This document shows positions 1 to 8,935 of a stretch of 32,966 bases of DNA, piece after piece. Source of the DNA: Clostridiaceae bacterium. GTDB lineage: Bacteria > Bacillota > Clostridia > Clostridiales > Clostridiaceae. The DNA lies in the NCBI GenBank assembly GCA_039809845.1, contig JBDHVQ010000001.1, forward strand, positions 1-32,966. The letters run 5' to 3'. The position numbers and the translations under genes were made by a program. Within the stretch, counting starts at the first letter, position 1; each line of letters begins with the position of its first letter. The notes beneath the pieces were generated by a model that was given only the letters and a program-made list of their open reading frames with translations, was not told the origin of the DNA and made no database searches.

Positions 1-686
1 CTGTGTCTTGCAACCTTCTGTGGAGCAGATTTTACGGGTTTTGCAAAACCTCTGCCGTTCCCTCTTATGTTCCCCATTCTTAAGGATGACTTGATAAGTC
101 CTGAAAAGATCATGACTATTACCAGGAGAACTGCAAAAGCCGAGAAGTTTCCCCTAACTCCCTGCATTATCATTATTACCGCATATATAAGAGAAAGAAT
201 ACCGCCTCTTATGGGAATAAAGAAGTAGAAATTTATACCGAATGAAGGATTGAGAAGTCCTGCCACAAGTATCATACCGAAGAACACCTGTGTAAAATCA
301 GCATATCCTGTTATGAATCCCTGCAGTGTAACAACGATGTACATAATAAAAAGAATGGAATTAAGCCTTCTGTAACCAACAGATCCAGCCACAACAGATA
401 TTGCAGAGCGGAAAATCATAAAGGTGAATACTGAAAAAAGAAGTCCTGCCGTCGACATATCGCCCATGAATGAAAAAATATAGGTAATAACCCTCCAGAC
501 TTCACCCCTTAATATCAGATCTCTGAAAAACCCTGTGAAACCGTAAAGATTTATCCTTGAAATATTCCTCAGGATAAAGCTCAGCACATAGAAAATCCCA
601 TTTCCTATAAGAAGAATTTCTGCTGCATTTGCAGGCAGAAACTTCATGGTAAACCTGTCCGTATTTTTAAGAAATTTTTCTGTCAT
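1..686 (-). CDS. Multi-pass membrane protein (rhomboid/Der1-like region), partial; 3' end runs off the window
   Basis: Hand-translated open frame from ATG at 686 with GGAG RBS about 10 nt upstream: MTEKFLKNTD...DLILRGEVWRVITYIF...FYFFIPIRG...KVARH. No stop before base 1. The GEVWR motif and several TM segments are rhomboid-like. Confidence 0.7.
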   Translation of the reverse strand, partial: MTEKFLKNTDRFTMKFLPANAAEILLIGNGIFYVLSFILRNISRINLYGFTGFFRDLILRGEVWRVITYIFSFMGDMSTAGLLFSVFTFMIFRSAISVVAGSVGYRRLNSILFIMYIVVTLQGFITGYADFTQVFFGMILVAGLLNPSFGINFYFFIPIRGGILSLIYAVIMIMQGVRGNFSAFAVLLVIVMIFSGLIKSSLRMGNIRGNGRGFAKPVKSAPQKVARH

Positions 687-1009
687 TTATTTTAATCTCC
701 TGTCGTTAATATGATAAATATGATTGCTATTATATTTACTGTGTTTTTTTAATTATGACTATTATGTATTAAGTATCTCCGCTTGTTTATCTCATTTTCA
801 GATCTACCCTTGAGTTTCAGGATATCTTCTGCTTAGTAGATACTCTTCAGAATATGCTCTTAGGTATTTTGAGTTTTTACGCCATGCCAATTATTATAGC
901 ACTATTCATTGTCCGCTGCTCTTTTGGCTTATATTGCCATAATTCATATTTCTTTAAGAAAACATAGTGTATAATGGGAATAGAATTTTTTTGTAAAGGA
1001 AGTGAATCA

Positions 1010-1501
1010 ATGAAGTCACTTTTAGGATTCATAGCATTTATTATTTCATCAGTCATAAGGATTATTCCCTTTCTTATTTTCCTCATGCTGCATCTTTTCT
1101 GGAGTGTATATACCTACCAGCTGGACCCTCTGAAACTTCTCGATGTCAGGGTAATACCAACTCTCTTCGGTGATTTCATGTGGATCTATATAGCCCTTGG
1201 AGTAATAATATTCGTATTTTTAACCCTTGAATTTCCGTTCCTTGCCTGGGGAGTATTTATAGGAGGCATAATAGGACAGAACCTCTTCTTCTTAAGACAG
1301 TGGGAAAACATAATCTACAAACTCGGCAAACCCACACTTTTATACAGATGGTTCTTCTTTATATACGCAGGTCTTCTCATCGGATTTATCCTCCAGTGTA
1401 TATTTACAGGAGGAAGAAAGGTTATAAAGATATCGAGGTATAACAGATTAAGAAGGATGAACAACAGAACTGCCGGCACGGAACTTAAGAATCAGGCATA
1501 A
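1010..1501 (+). CDS. Hypothetical multi-pass membrane protein
   Basis: Hydrophobic ORF. ATG at 1010 follows AAGGAAGTG and is preferred over 974. A terminator follows. Confidence 0.75.
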   Translation: MKSLLGFIAFIISSVIRIIPFLIFLMLHLFWSVYTYQLDPLKLLDVRVIPTLFGDFMWIYIALGVIIFVFLTLEFPFLAWGVFIGGIIGQNLFFLRQWENIIYKLGKPTLLYRWFFFIYAGLLIGFILQCIFTGGRKVIKISRYNRLRRMNNRTAGTELKNQA

Positions 1502-1568
1502 GGTATAAATAATTTTGGTGATTTTAAAAATCAAAAATTCAGAAAGTTATCTTAATTCCATGTATTTT

Positions 1569-1600
1569 AAAAGACAGCGGGGAAATCCTGCTGTCTTTTT
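1569..1600. terminator. Bidirectional intrinsic terminator
   Basis: AAAAGACAGCGGG-gaaat-CCTGCTGTCTTTT hairpin between convergent genes. Confidence 0.8.
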
Positions 1601-1707
1601 GTATGTCTTAAATTATCTATATTGTTAGCTAAAATGCTATTTTATTAAAGGGTGTGTCTTAAGACGACTTTTAAATGAAGAATGAGTGTCCGCATACCTT
1701 GTCAGTC

Positions 1708-1878
1708 TTAAACCGCTTTTTTATTCTTACCTTGTTTTGGATTTTTAATAATGGTGATACCCTCATCACACATGGTGCAGCCGATGCAGTCTATGGATTT
1801 CTTACGGCTCTTTCTTACTTTTCTGAAAGCCCAGAATGCAGCTGCTGCTATGAGAAGTATTATTACTATATCAGTCAC
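1708..1878 (-). CDS. FeoB-associated Cys-rich membrane protein (56 aa)
   Basis: GTG start with AGGAG RBS. MTDIVIILLIAAAAFWAFRKVRKSRKKSIDCIGCTMCDEG...KKAV* has one TM helix, a basic patch and CxxCxxC. Last gene of the feo operon; absent from the ORF track. Confidence 0.85.
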   Translation of the reverse strand: MTDIVIILLIAAAAFWAFRKVRKSRKKSIDCIGCTMCDEGITIIKNPKQGKNKKAV

Positions 1879-1896
1879 GGCAATTCTCCTTGTTGT

Positions 1897-2196
1897 CTAA
1901 TGATGTTTTATCCTTACCCTGCTGCAGGTCCTTTCAATCCTGATGGCTCCTATTTCCTCGAGGATCTTTATGGTCCTGTAAACTGTTGCTATCCCGATTC
2001 CCGGATATTTCTTTATTATCTCGATGTATATTTCCTTTGATGTCATATCTTCAGATCCCAGTATGAAATCTATGAGTATTATCCTCTGCTCTGTTATCTT
2101 GCACGATCTCTGCCTCAGAACCCTTAAGATGTCTTCTCTTTTTTCCTTCTTTTTCCTTATCCCTTCCTTTGAAAATCTTTCATTATATTCACTCAT
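1897..2196 (-). CDS. Fur-family winged-helix protein, DNA-binding domain only
   Basis: KITEQR...EIY...PGIGIATVYRTIKILEEIGAI matches the Fur N-terminal domain. Starts 4 nt after the feoB stop. Confidence 0.8.
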   Translation of the reverse strand: MSEYNERFSKEGIRKKKEKREDILRVLRQRSCKITEQRIILIDFILGSEDMTSKEIYIEIIKKYPGIGIATVYRTIKILEEIGAIRIERTCSRVRIKHH

Positions 2197-2200
2197 TTTT

Positions 2201-4408
2201 TTATCCTGTTATCATTCCTGCAATTCTGTATATTATAAATGCCACTGTGTATGCTGTGAGCATCTGAATACCTACTGCAGAAAGAGTTTCCCTGTTTGAT
2301 TTTAATTCCCTCTTCATGGCACCGACCGCTGCAAAGCAGGGCATGCAGAGAAGATTGAATACCATGAATGAGAGTGCTCCTGCCTTACCGTTCATATCCG
2401 TCTTCATGTGTGACAAGGCATTTTCATCTGCGCCTTCAAATAAGACGCCTTCGTTATAGATATCCCCTGCTTCTTCAGGGTTGTATTTACCGTCAGTAAA
2501 TCCAAATTCTTCGAGTTCTTCAGGTGAGAAGTTACTGAAATATCCTTCTAAGTATTCGTCATTGACATCCTCAGAATAAAGCTGCGCCAGAGTTACAACC
2601 ACGTTTTCCTTTGCTATCCACCCTGTAACTGTTCCGACGGCCGGTCTCCATTCACCGAATCCAAGGGGCTTGAATACCGGTGCAATAAGTTTGCCGCCGC
2701 CTGCAAGGAAACTTTCTTCAATCGGGGCAAGTACTGAATTATCTTCATTTTCTGCCTTATTGACTCCGTTGAAGGAATTGATGTTGAAGTTTGAAAGAGC
2801 CCATATGACGATCGTCGACAGGAATATTACAGTTCCTGCCTTATAGACAAATCCCTTTATCTTCTGCCAGCCGTGAAGGATGATGTTTCTTCCTGATGGA
2901 AGCCTGTACTGGGGAAGTTCCATGAGAAAACTGTTGGGATAGTTCCTGTATCTTAATCTGTTTATGATAAGTGATACTACTATCGAAGTCACAATACTTA
3001 AAATATAGAGTAAAAAGGTTATGGCAGTTCTCTGATTTGGCGGGAAGAACAGGGATACCATCATGGCAAATATCGGCAGTTTGGCACCGCATGGCATAAA
3101 ACCAGCAAGCATGGTAGTTATCTTCCTGTCCTTTTCAGATTCCAGTGTCCTTGTGGCATTTATTGCAGGGACACTGCATCCCATCCCCATAAGAAGAGGA
3201 ATAAATGCCTTTCCTGAAAGACCGAACTTCTTGAATATACGGTCCATAACAAAGGCAACCCTTGCCATATATCCTATATCTTCAAGGAATGAAATCATCA
3301 TATAGAGGACTAAAACCAGTGGAATGAATCCTATTATCGCCCCGAGTCCTTCCATAACACCGTCTATTACAAGTGAATGGACAGCGGGTGAAGCCCCGGA
3401 AATAAGGTTATCGATAAATCCAGTCAGAATTCCCCATCCGTTTTCGACAAGTTCAGCCAGGAATACTCCAGGACTTTTAAGACCTTTAATAAAGAGATAG
3501 TTTTCACTGAAAGTTGTGGCAAAGAGAATGTACATTATGACACCGAATATCGGAAGTGCCAGGTATTTATCTGTCAGCACCCTGTCTATCCTGTCGGATA
3601 CACTCTCATCAGCTTCTCCTTCAGCTGATACTGCCTTTCCCTTCTTAATCTCCTTTACGACATCTTCTATGAAGTCGTATCTTCCGTTGGCAATTTCAGA
3701 TTCAATATCCATATCACCGAGTCCCGACTTTATTTCTTCGACTGATTTTCTCTCTTCAGGTGAGAGTCCCTCAGTTACTTTTTCATCGCCTTCTAAAACT
3801 TTAAGGGCTCTGTAGTATTTCATACTGCCGTTCCCTGAAAGTTTCTGCCCGAGTTCATTTACAGCAGTTGTAACTTTATCTCCGAAATGAAGGTTCTTTT
3901 CAGGATGAATGACTTCTCCAGACTTCTTATTTCCTTCTATCGCTTTATAAAGGTCATCGATTCCTTCGCCGTTTCTTGCAGTTATGGGAATTACAGGAAC
4001 TCCTAAAATATCCTCCATCCTGCTTATATTGAATTCAATACCGCTCTTTTTGACTTCATCCATCATGTTGAGAGCTATTATTACCGGTCTTCCCGTCTCC
4101 ATGAGCTGAAGTGTAAGGTAAAGATTTCTTTCTATGTTATTTGCATCGACGATATTTACTATAAGATCAGGAGATTCTTCTATAAGAAAATTCCCTGCAA
4201 CTATTTCTTCTGCCGAATATGGAGACAGGGAATATATTCCCGGAAGGTCCACTATGGTGTAGTCTTTGTTGTACCTTAAATAACCTTCCTTTTTATCCAC
4301 CGTCACTCCCGGCCAGTTTCCGACCCTTGACATGGAACCTGTGAGGTTATTGAAAAGAGTGGTTTTACCGGAATTTGGGTTACCTGCAAGGGCTATTGTT
4401 TTACTCAT
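2201..4408 (-). CDS. feoB: Ferrous iron transport protein B
   Basis: G1 GNPNSGKTT, NWPGVTV, DLPGIYSL, NMMD, gate motifs GMGCSVP, FMPC and LLCMPC. Confidence 0.98.
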   Translation of the reverse strand: MSKTIALAGNPNSGKTTLFNNLTGSMSRVGNWPGVTVDKKEGYLRYNKDYTIVDLPGIYSLSPYSAEEIVAGNFLIEESPDLIVNIVDANNIERNLYLTLQLMETGRPVIIALNMMDEVKKSGIEFNISRMEDILGVPVIPITARNGEGIDDLYKAIEGNKKSGEVIHPEKNLHFGDKVTTAVNELGQKLSGNGSMKYYRALKVLEGDEKVTEGLSPEERKSVEEIKSGLGDMDIESEIANGRYDFIEDVVKEIKKGKAVSAEGEADESVSDRIDRVLTDKYLALPIFGVIMYILFATTFSENYLFIKGLKSPGVFLAELVENGWGILTGFIDNLISGASPAVHSLVIDGVMEGLGAIIGFIPLVLVLYMMISFLEDIGYMARVAFVMDRIFKKFGLSGKAFIPLLMGMGCSVPAINATRTLESEKDRKITTMLAGFMPCGAKLPIFAMMVSLFFPPNQRTAITFLLYILSIVTSIVVSLIINRLRYRNYPNSFLMELPQYRLPSGRNIILHGWQKIKGFVYKAGTVIFLSTIVIWALSNFNINSFNGVNKAENEDNSVLAPIEESFLAGGGKLIAPVFKPLGFGEWRPAVGTVTGWIAKENVVVTLAQLYSEDVNDEYLEGYFSNFSPEELEEFGFTDGKYNPEEAGDIYNEGVLFEGADENALSHMKTDMNGKAGALSFMVFNLLCMPCFAAVGAMKRELKSNRETLSAVGIQMLTAYTVAFIIYRIAGMITG

Positions 4409-4637
4409 CGCTGCCCTCCATGGTAACTTCTATATTTTCCGCTTCCTTTTTCCTTAAAGAGAGATTGTATCCCCTCACACTTACTTCTATGGGATCACCC
4501 AGGGGTGCAATTTTCATGACTTTAACCTTCACTCCCTTTGTAACTCCCATGTCGAGGATCCTCCTCTTAAGAGGTCCTGTAAGACTTATATCACTTACCC
4601 GGCAGCTTTCGCCTGGCTTTATTTCATTGAGATTCAT
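4401..4637 (-). CDS. feoA: Ferrous iron transport protein A
   Basis: RRILDMG...APLGDPIEVSVRGYNLSLRKKEA; overlaps the feoB start. Confidence 0.97.
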   Translation of the reverse strand: MNLNEIKPGESCRVSDISLTGPLKRRILDMGVTKGVKVKVMKIAPLGDPIEVSVRGYNLSLRKKEAENIEVTMEGSDE

Positions 4638-4697
4638 TCCTGACTCCTCCCCCGCTGTATTTATTTCATTTTGTCCTTTGTGGTTTCATCTTTATTT

Positions 4698-4913
4698 TCA
4701 GGAAACCATTATCTTTGAAGCCATGGTCCTGTTAAGCGCCATCCTCACATTTTTTACAGTCAGGATTATCCCTTCCCTGTCTGAATTTACAACCCTTATA
4801 TTTTCACCTATCCTGAACCCGAGATTCATAAGATGTGTCCTTGTAGGTCCGTCGCAGTTTATGGAAGCTATCTTTCCTGTCTCACCCTTTTTCATAAGAA
4901 TCAAAGGCATCAT
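4698..4913 (-). CDS. feoA: Ferrous iron transport protein A (second paralog)
   Basis: HLMNLGF...VKNVRMALNRTMASKIMV FeoA signature; AGGAGG RBS. Confidence 0.93.
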   Translation of the reverse strand: MMPLILMKKGETGKIASINCDGPTRTHLMNLGFRIGENIRVVNSDREGIILTVKNVRMALNRTMASKIMVS

Positions 4914-4926
4914 TGCTCCTCCTTAT

Positions 4927-4941
4927 TGATACCGATTATCA
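4927..4941. promoter_or_regulatory. Fur box next to the feoA RBS
   Basis: Minus strand TGATAATCGGTATCA, 2 mismatches to the 7-1-7 consensus TGATAATnATTATCA. Confidence 0.7.
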
Positions 4942-5076
4942 TTCCTTTACCTTTTTCAGTCTAAAGGTAAAAGGCCAATAACACAATATCAATTTCCTCA
5001 CTTCACGTTATATTTTTAACCGAATCATCATATTCATAATTTTTTAATAAGTTCACTTTTTATTCATTAATGAAGT

Positions 5077-5091
5077 TGATAATCGTTATCT
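5077..5091. promoter_or_regulatory. Fur box
   Basis: TGATAATCGTTATCT, 2 mismatches, upstream of the feo operon. Confidence 0.7.
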
Positions 5092-5107
5092 CCATGTTTA
5101 TACCCGA

Positions 5108-5122
5108 TGAAAATAATTATCA
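5108..5122. promoter_or_regulatory. Fur box
   Basis: TGAAAATAATTATCA, 1 mismatch. Confidence 0.75.
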
Positions 5123-5217
5123 TTGTAATAGTAAAAATACTTCAGTCTTGGATATCCAGGAAATTAACACTAATCACAAGGTCTGTTTCTGCTGAAGTGC
5201 CAAGGTTGTAAAATAGT

Positions 5218-5247
5218 TTTCCACTAATTTCCTCTAATTTCCACTCA
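5218..5247. repeat. 3 x 10 bp tandem repeat
   Basis: TTTCCACTAA TTTCCTCTAA TTTCCACTCA. Confidence 0.7.
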
Positions 5248-5318
5248 TATGTATAAAAAATATGTATTGAAAAATATCAAAAAAAGATACAGGGACATGG
5301 AGTTTTATTTCCATATCC

Positions 5319-6734
5319 CTATATCTTTCTGAAGCTGTCTGAATTATTATCAGCAGTCATTTTATATTCATTTATTCTTTCCGGATCCTGATCTATCGGC
5401 AGTTCAACTATAAATTCGGAAAAAGCCCCTATTTTTGATTCAACTGATAGTTTTCCGCTGTGGACGTCCACTATCCATTTTGCAATGGATAATCCAAGAC
5501 CGGATCCTGATTTATCCTTTGTCCTCGCTTTATCCGCGACGTAAAATCTCTCAAAAATTCTCGTTATATCCTTGGGGGATATTCCTTCCCCGTTATCCCA
5601 GACTCTTATGACAGCCTTATCCTTCTCCTTTTTAAGGGAGATTTTTATCTGTCCGCCTTCCTGGGTGAATTTTATTGAGTTCTCTGTAAATATCCTTATG
5701 AGCTGTTTTATCATCTTTCTGTCGATGCAGGCATAGAGTTCTTCACCTTCACAGGTTATAACCCTTCCGGGGTTATTCATCTGTGTTTCATCCGTAACTT
5801 CCCTTACTATGCCCATGAGATCATCCTGCTCAAAATTCACTGAGAGTCTCCTGCTTTCTCCCTTTGCTATGAGAAGGAGGTTTTCGACGAGGTTACTCAT
5901 GTTGGCCGTTTCTTCCCTTATGGCAGTTATGGCTTCTTCTAATATTTCAGGATCTGAACTTCCCCACCTTGCAAGCATATCAGTAAATCCCTTGATTACG
6001 GTAAGGGGTGTCCTTAATTCATGGGATGCATCTGATACGAATTTACTCTGGCGCATATAGGCAGTTTCGAGCCTGTCGAGGAGTGAATTGAATGTATTTC
6101 CAAGTTCTCTTAGTTCATCTTCGGCTTCGGGAACAACTATCCTTTCACTGAGGTTTTCAGCCGATATGGATTCAACTGATTTTCTCATGCTGTTTATCGG
6201 TCTGAATGATTCACGGCTTATATAACTTCCCACGGCAAGGGATAGAATCATACCTATAAGAGACGCCACAGCAGTTGTGATTATCATTATCCTTCTGCTG
6301 TAGATACTCTCCTCAAGGCTCTTGCCGATGGTAATAAGGTAGCTCTTTGAATCGGGGGCAATGAATTCATAGCTTGTGACTACAGCCTCCTGACTTACCC
6401 TTTGTCCGTAGAGGGTGAATTCCAGACTGTCCCCTTCCTTTCCGGATCTTACTATCTTAAGTCCTTCCATGCTGGGAAATGTTATGTCAGGTCCTTTGAC
6501 GTTCACGACAATGGGAAACCTTATTCCTTTTTCAGTCAGGTCGTCATTTGTTATGGTTCCCTTTTTTGTTATTATATCCTGGACAATTATGCTGGTTCTT
6601 CTTAAATCCAGGTTATCGCTGCCGGTACTGTAGAATTTTACCGAAATGAAGACTGCAGCATTCACTGCAGTCAGAATGAGGGTAAACACCATGGCATAGA
6701 TAAGTGTAATCCTTGTTTCAAGTTTAAGCTTCAT
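5319..6734 (-). CDS. HAMP-domain sensor histidine kinase (ArlS-like)
   Basis: Two TMs, HAMP, H-box SDASHELRTPLT, N-box ENSIKF, DNGEG, FERFY, GSGLGLSI. Confidence 0.96.
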   Translation of the reverse strand: MKLKLETRITLIYAMVFTLILTAVNAAVFISVKFYSTGSDNLDLRRTSIIVQDIITKKGTITNDDLTEKGIRFPIVVNVKGPDITFPSMEGLKIVRSGKEGDSLEFTLYGQRVSQEAVVTSYEFIAPDSKSYLITIGKSLEESIYSRRIMIITTAVASLIGMILSLAVGSYISRESFRPINSMRKSVESISAENLSERIVVPEAEDELRELGNTFNSLLDRLETAYMRQSKFVSDASHELRTPLTVIKGFTDMLARWGSSDPEILEEAITAIREETANMSNLVENLLLIAKGESRRLSVNFEQDDLMGIVREVTDETQMNNPGRVITCEGEELYACIDRKMIKQLIRIFTENSIKFTQEGGQIKISLKKEKDKAVIRVWDNGEGISPKDITRIFERFYVADKARTKDKSGSGLGLSIAKWIVDVHSGKLSVESKIGAFSEFIVELPIDQDPERINEYKMTADNNSDSFRKI

Positions 6735-7410
6735 CTATGTCCCTTATGACGTATCCTGCACCCCTCATCGTATGGATGAGTTTCTTTTCGTAGTCGTCAT
6801 CTATCTTGCTTCTTAAAAATCTTATGAATACATCGACGGAATTTGTTTCCCCTTCAAAGTCAAATCCCCATACCTGGTTCAATATCTTTTCCCTTGAAAG
6901 AACTATACCTGAATTTTCCATGAGGTACACAAGAAGGTCAAATTCCTTCTTTGTGAGTTCCTTTCTGTCGTTTCCCCTTCTTACTTCATAGGTATCCTTA
7001 TTGAGGGTAAGATCACCGACGGTCAGAAGATTTGATTCCTTCTTTTCTTCTTCCTGCTTTCTGAAAATGACTCTTAACCTTGCTAGGAGTTCCTCCATGG
7101 CAAAGGGTTTTGTCATATAGTCATTGGCACCTATATCAAGGCCGTCCACCTTATCCCTTATGCTGTCCCTTGCTGTAAGTATTATTATGGGAACCTGGGA
7201 GAATTTCCTGACCCTTTTGCAGACTTCCACACCATCGACTATGGGAATCATTAGGTCTAAAATTATTGCGTCATATTCCTTGTTCATGATGTTCATTATG
7301 GCGGACTGGCCTTCATTGGCTGTATCCACTTCATATCCTTCATGCTTTAATTCAAGTTCTATGAATCTGGCAAGCTTTCTCTCATCTTCCACGACCAGTA
7401 TTTTTTTCAT
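6724..7410 (-). CDS. OmpR/PhoB-family response regulator (ArlR-like)
   Basis: ILVVEDE, phosphoacceptor LDLMIP, DYMTKPF, wHTH ending HTMRGAGY. The start at 7410 has a GAGGTG RBS. Confidence 0.96.
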   Translation of the reverse strand: MKKILVVEDERKLARFIELELKHEGYEVDTANEGQSAIMNIMNKEYDAIILDLMIPIVDGVEVCKRVRKFSQVPIIILTARDSIRDKVDGLDIGANDYMTKPFAMEELLARLRVIFRKQEEEKKESNLLTVGDLTLNKDTYEVRRGNDRKELTKKEFDLLVYLMENSGIVLSREKILNQVWGFDFEGETNSVDVFIRFLRSKIDDDYEKKLIHTMRGAGYVIRDIDEA

Positions 7411-7552
7411 CAATGCACCTCGTATCATCATAAACTGTTGTCATTAAACATCTCATTCCACTTCTTTCAATTATAGGCTATTTTTATGGGAGATGATTCA
7501 TCACTCAATATTATTAAGTGTTTATTATAAAAATTCAGAAAATGTTAATGAT

Positions 7553-8005
7553 TTAACTGAAAATATCCAGATATTCCCCGTAGCCCTTCTCTTCCATTTC
7601 ACTCAATGGAATGAATTTAACCGCCGCAGAATTTATACAGTATCTTAAGCCTCCGGATTCCCTTGGTCCATCAGGAAATACATGTCCCAGGTGACTGTCA
7701 GAAGACACACTTCTGACTTCTGTCCTTGTCATTCCATGGGTATAGTCAGACTTTTCCTCCACATCCGATTTTCTTATGGTCTTTGAAAATGAAGGCCAGC
7801 CGCATCCTGATTCAAACTTGTCCTCCGAAGAAAAAAGAGGTTCCCCGGTATATAGATCCACATAAATTCCCTTTTCAAAATTATCGTTGTATTCATTCCT
7901 GAAAGGCGGTTCAGTTCCGTTATTCTGTGTAACTTTAATCTGCAGAGGAGAAAGATCCTTTTCTATTTCTTCCCTTTTCATATTTTTATAGTCTTCTCTT
8001 TTCAT
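7553..8005 (-). CDS. msrB: Peptide-methionine (R)-S-oxide reductase
   Basis: [29 protein letters not shown]. Confidence 0.98.
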   Translation of the reverse strand: MKREDYKNMKREEIEKDLSPLQIKVTQNNGTEPPFRNEYNDNFEKGIYVDLYTGEPLFSSEDKFESGCGWPSFSKTIRKSDVEEKSDYTHGMTRTEVRSVSSDSHLGHVFPDGPRESGGLRYCINSAAVKFIPLSEMEEKGYGEYLDIFS

Positions 8006-8093
8006 ATTCTCGTTATCCTTTCATCAAATTAAGTGTTAAAATTAATACCATAGTGTACATCCAAGCCTAAACTTCTGAAAAAGCAAGGCAGAC

Positions 8094-8165
8094 TTCAATG
8101 TAGTTATCAATCTAGTTTTCAACGTAGTTTTAAACATAGATTTCAATATACATTACAACATGCAT
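8094..8165. repeat. 6 x 12 bp degenerate tandem array
   Basis: TTCAATGTAGTT ATCAATCTAGTT TTCAACGTAGTT TTAAACATAGAT TTCAATATACAT TACAACATGCAT. Confidence 0.8.
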
Positions 8166-8310
8166 TTTTGCACTGACATTTACTCCATGATAGTCAGAAG
8201 ACATTATGAAATCATTAAAAGAAAAGAGGCACAATACCACTCTTTTCATTCTGGACGGAAATTTATTTTCTCATAGAATAAAAGTATTTTAAAATATAGG
8301 GGGTGAAGAT

Positions 8311-8775
8311 ATGGAAAACCCGCCGGAAGTTAAAAGATCCGGAGTAAAGAAATATAAATTCACAAAATCAAAGGCGGGAATAATTTTCTTTTTCCTCTGG
8401 GCAGGACTTGCAATGGTACCTTTGTTTCTTCTGAGAACAAAATATTCTGCTCCTTCAAAGGAAATGCTTGTGATGGTACTCGCACTTATATACTGCACTG
8501 TAAATGCAGCGGTATCTCTTACGGATTTATCCCAGGGTTTCATATCCATTGAAAATAGATTTATCCTCATCTGTCATTCGTCCTTAAATAAAAGGAGAAT
8601 ACCCATTGAATCAGTAAAATCATTCAGAATTCAGAATGAAAATGCAGTTTTAAACTTCGGGAAAGAAAATTCAAACTATACACTGCCCGTATCCTGCCTC
8701 AGCGAAAGTGACCGGGAATCATTCCTTGTAAACTTAAGAAACAGCCTCATGAGGCCGCCGGAGCATAAATCGTAG
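8311..8775 (+). CDS. Hypothetical protein with two TM helices and a soluble C-terminal domain
   Basis: GGGGGTGA RBS, two hydrophobic segments; the C-terminus is possibly a bacterial PH-like domain (inference). Confidence 0.75.
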   Translation: MENPPEVKRSGVKKYKFTKSKAGIIFFFLWAGLAMVPLFLLRTKYSAPSKEMLVMVLALIYCTVNAAVSLTDLSQGFISIENRFILICHSSLNKRRIPIESVKSFRIQNENAVLNFGKENSNYTLPVSCLSESDRESFLVNLRNSLMRPPEHKS

Positions 8776-8935
8776 TTCCGGCAGAAAGCATAGTGAGCCA
8801 ATAGAAAATAAAGTATTGGTTCATATAAGATTCCGGTAACAATAACATTTATGATAACGTATAAACTTTAATCCATAATATAAAAAAATAAAAGATAAAA
8901 GAGACGGACTTTATAATCCGTCAATGGGGAAGACA

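Noticed and set aside
1675-2299. Plus-strand ORFs 1675-2040 and 2024-2299
   Set aside because: Antisense to well-supported feo operon genes.
8094-8165. CRISPR array interpretation of the intergenic repeats
   Set aside because: Units are 10-14 bp, contiguous, without spacers, and there are no cas genes.
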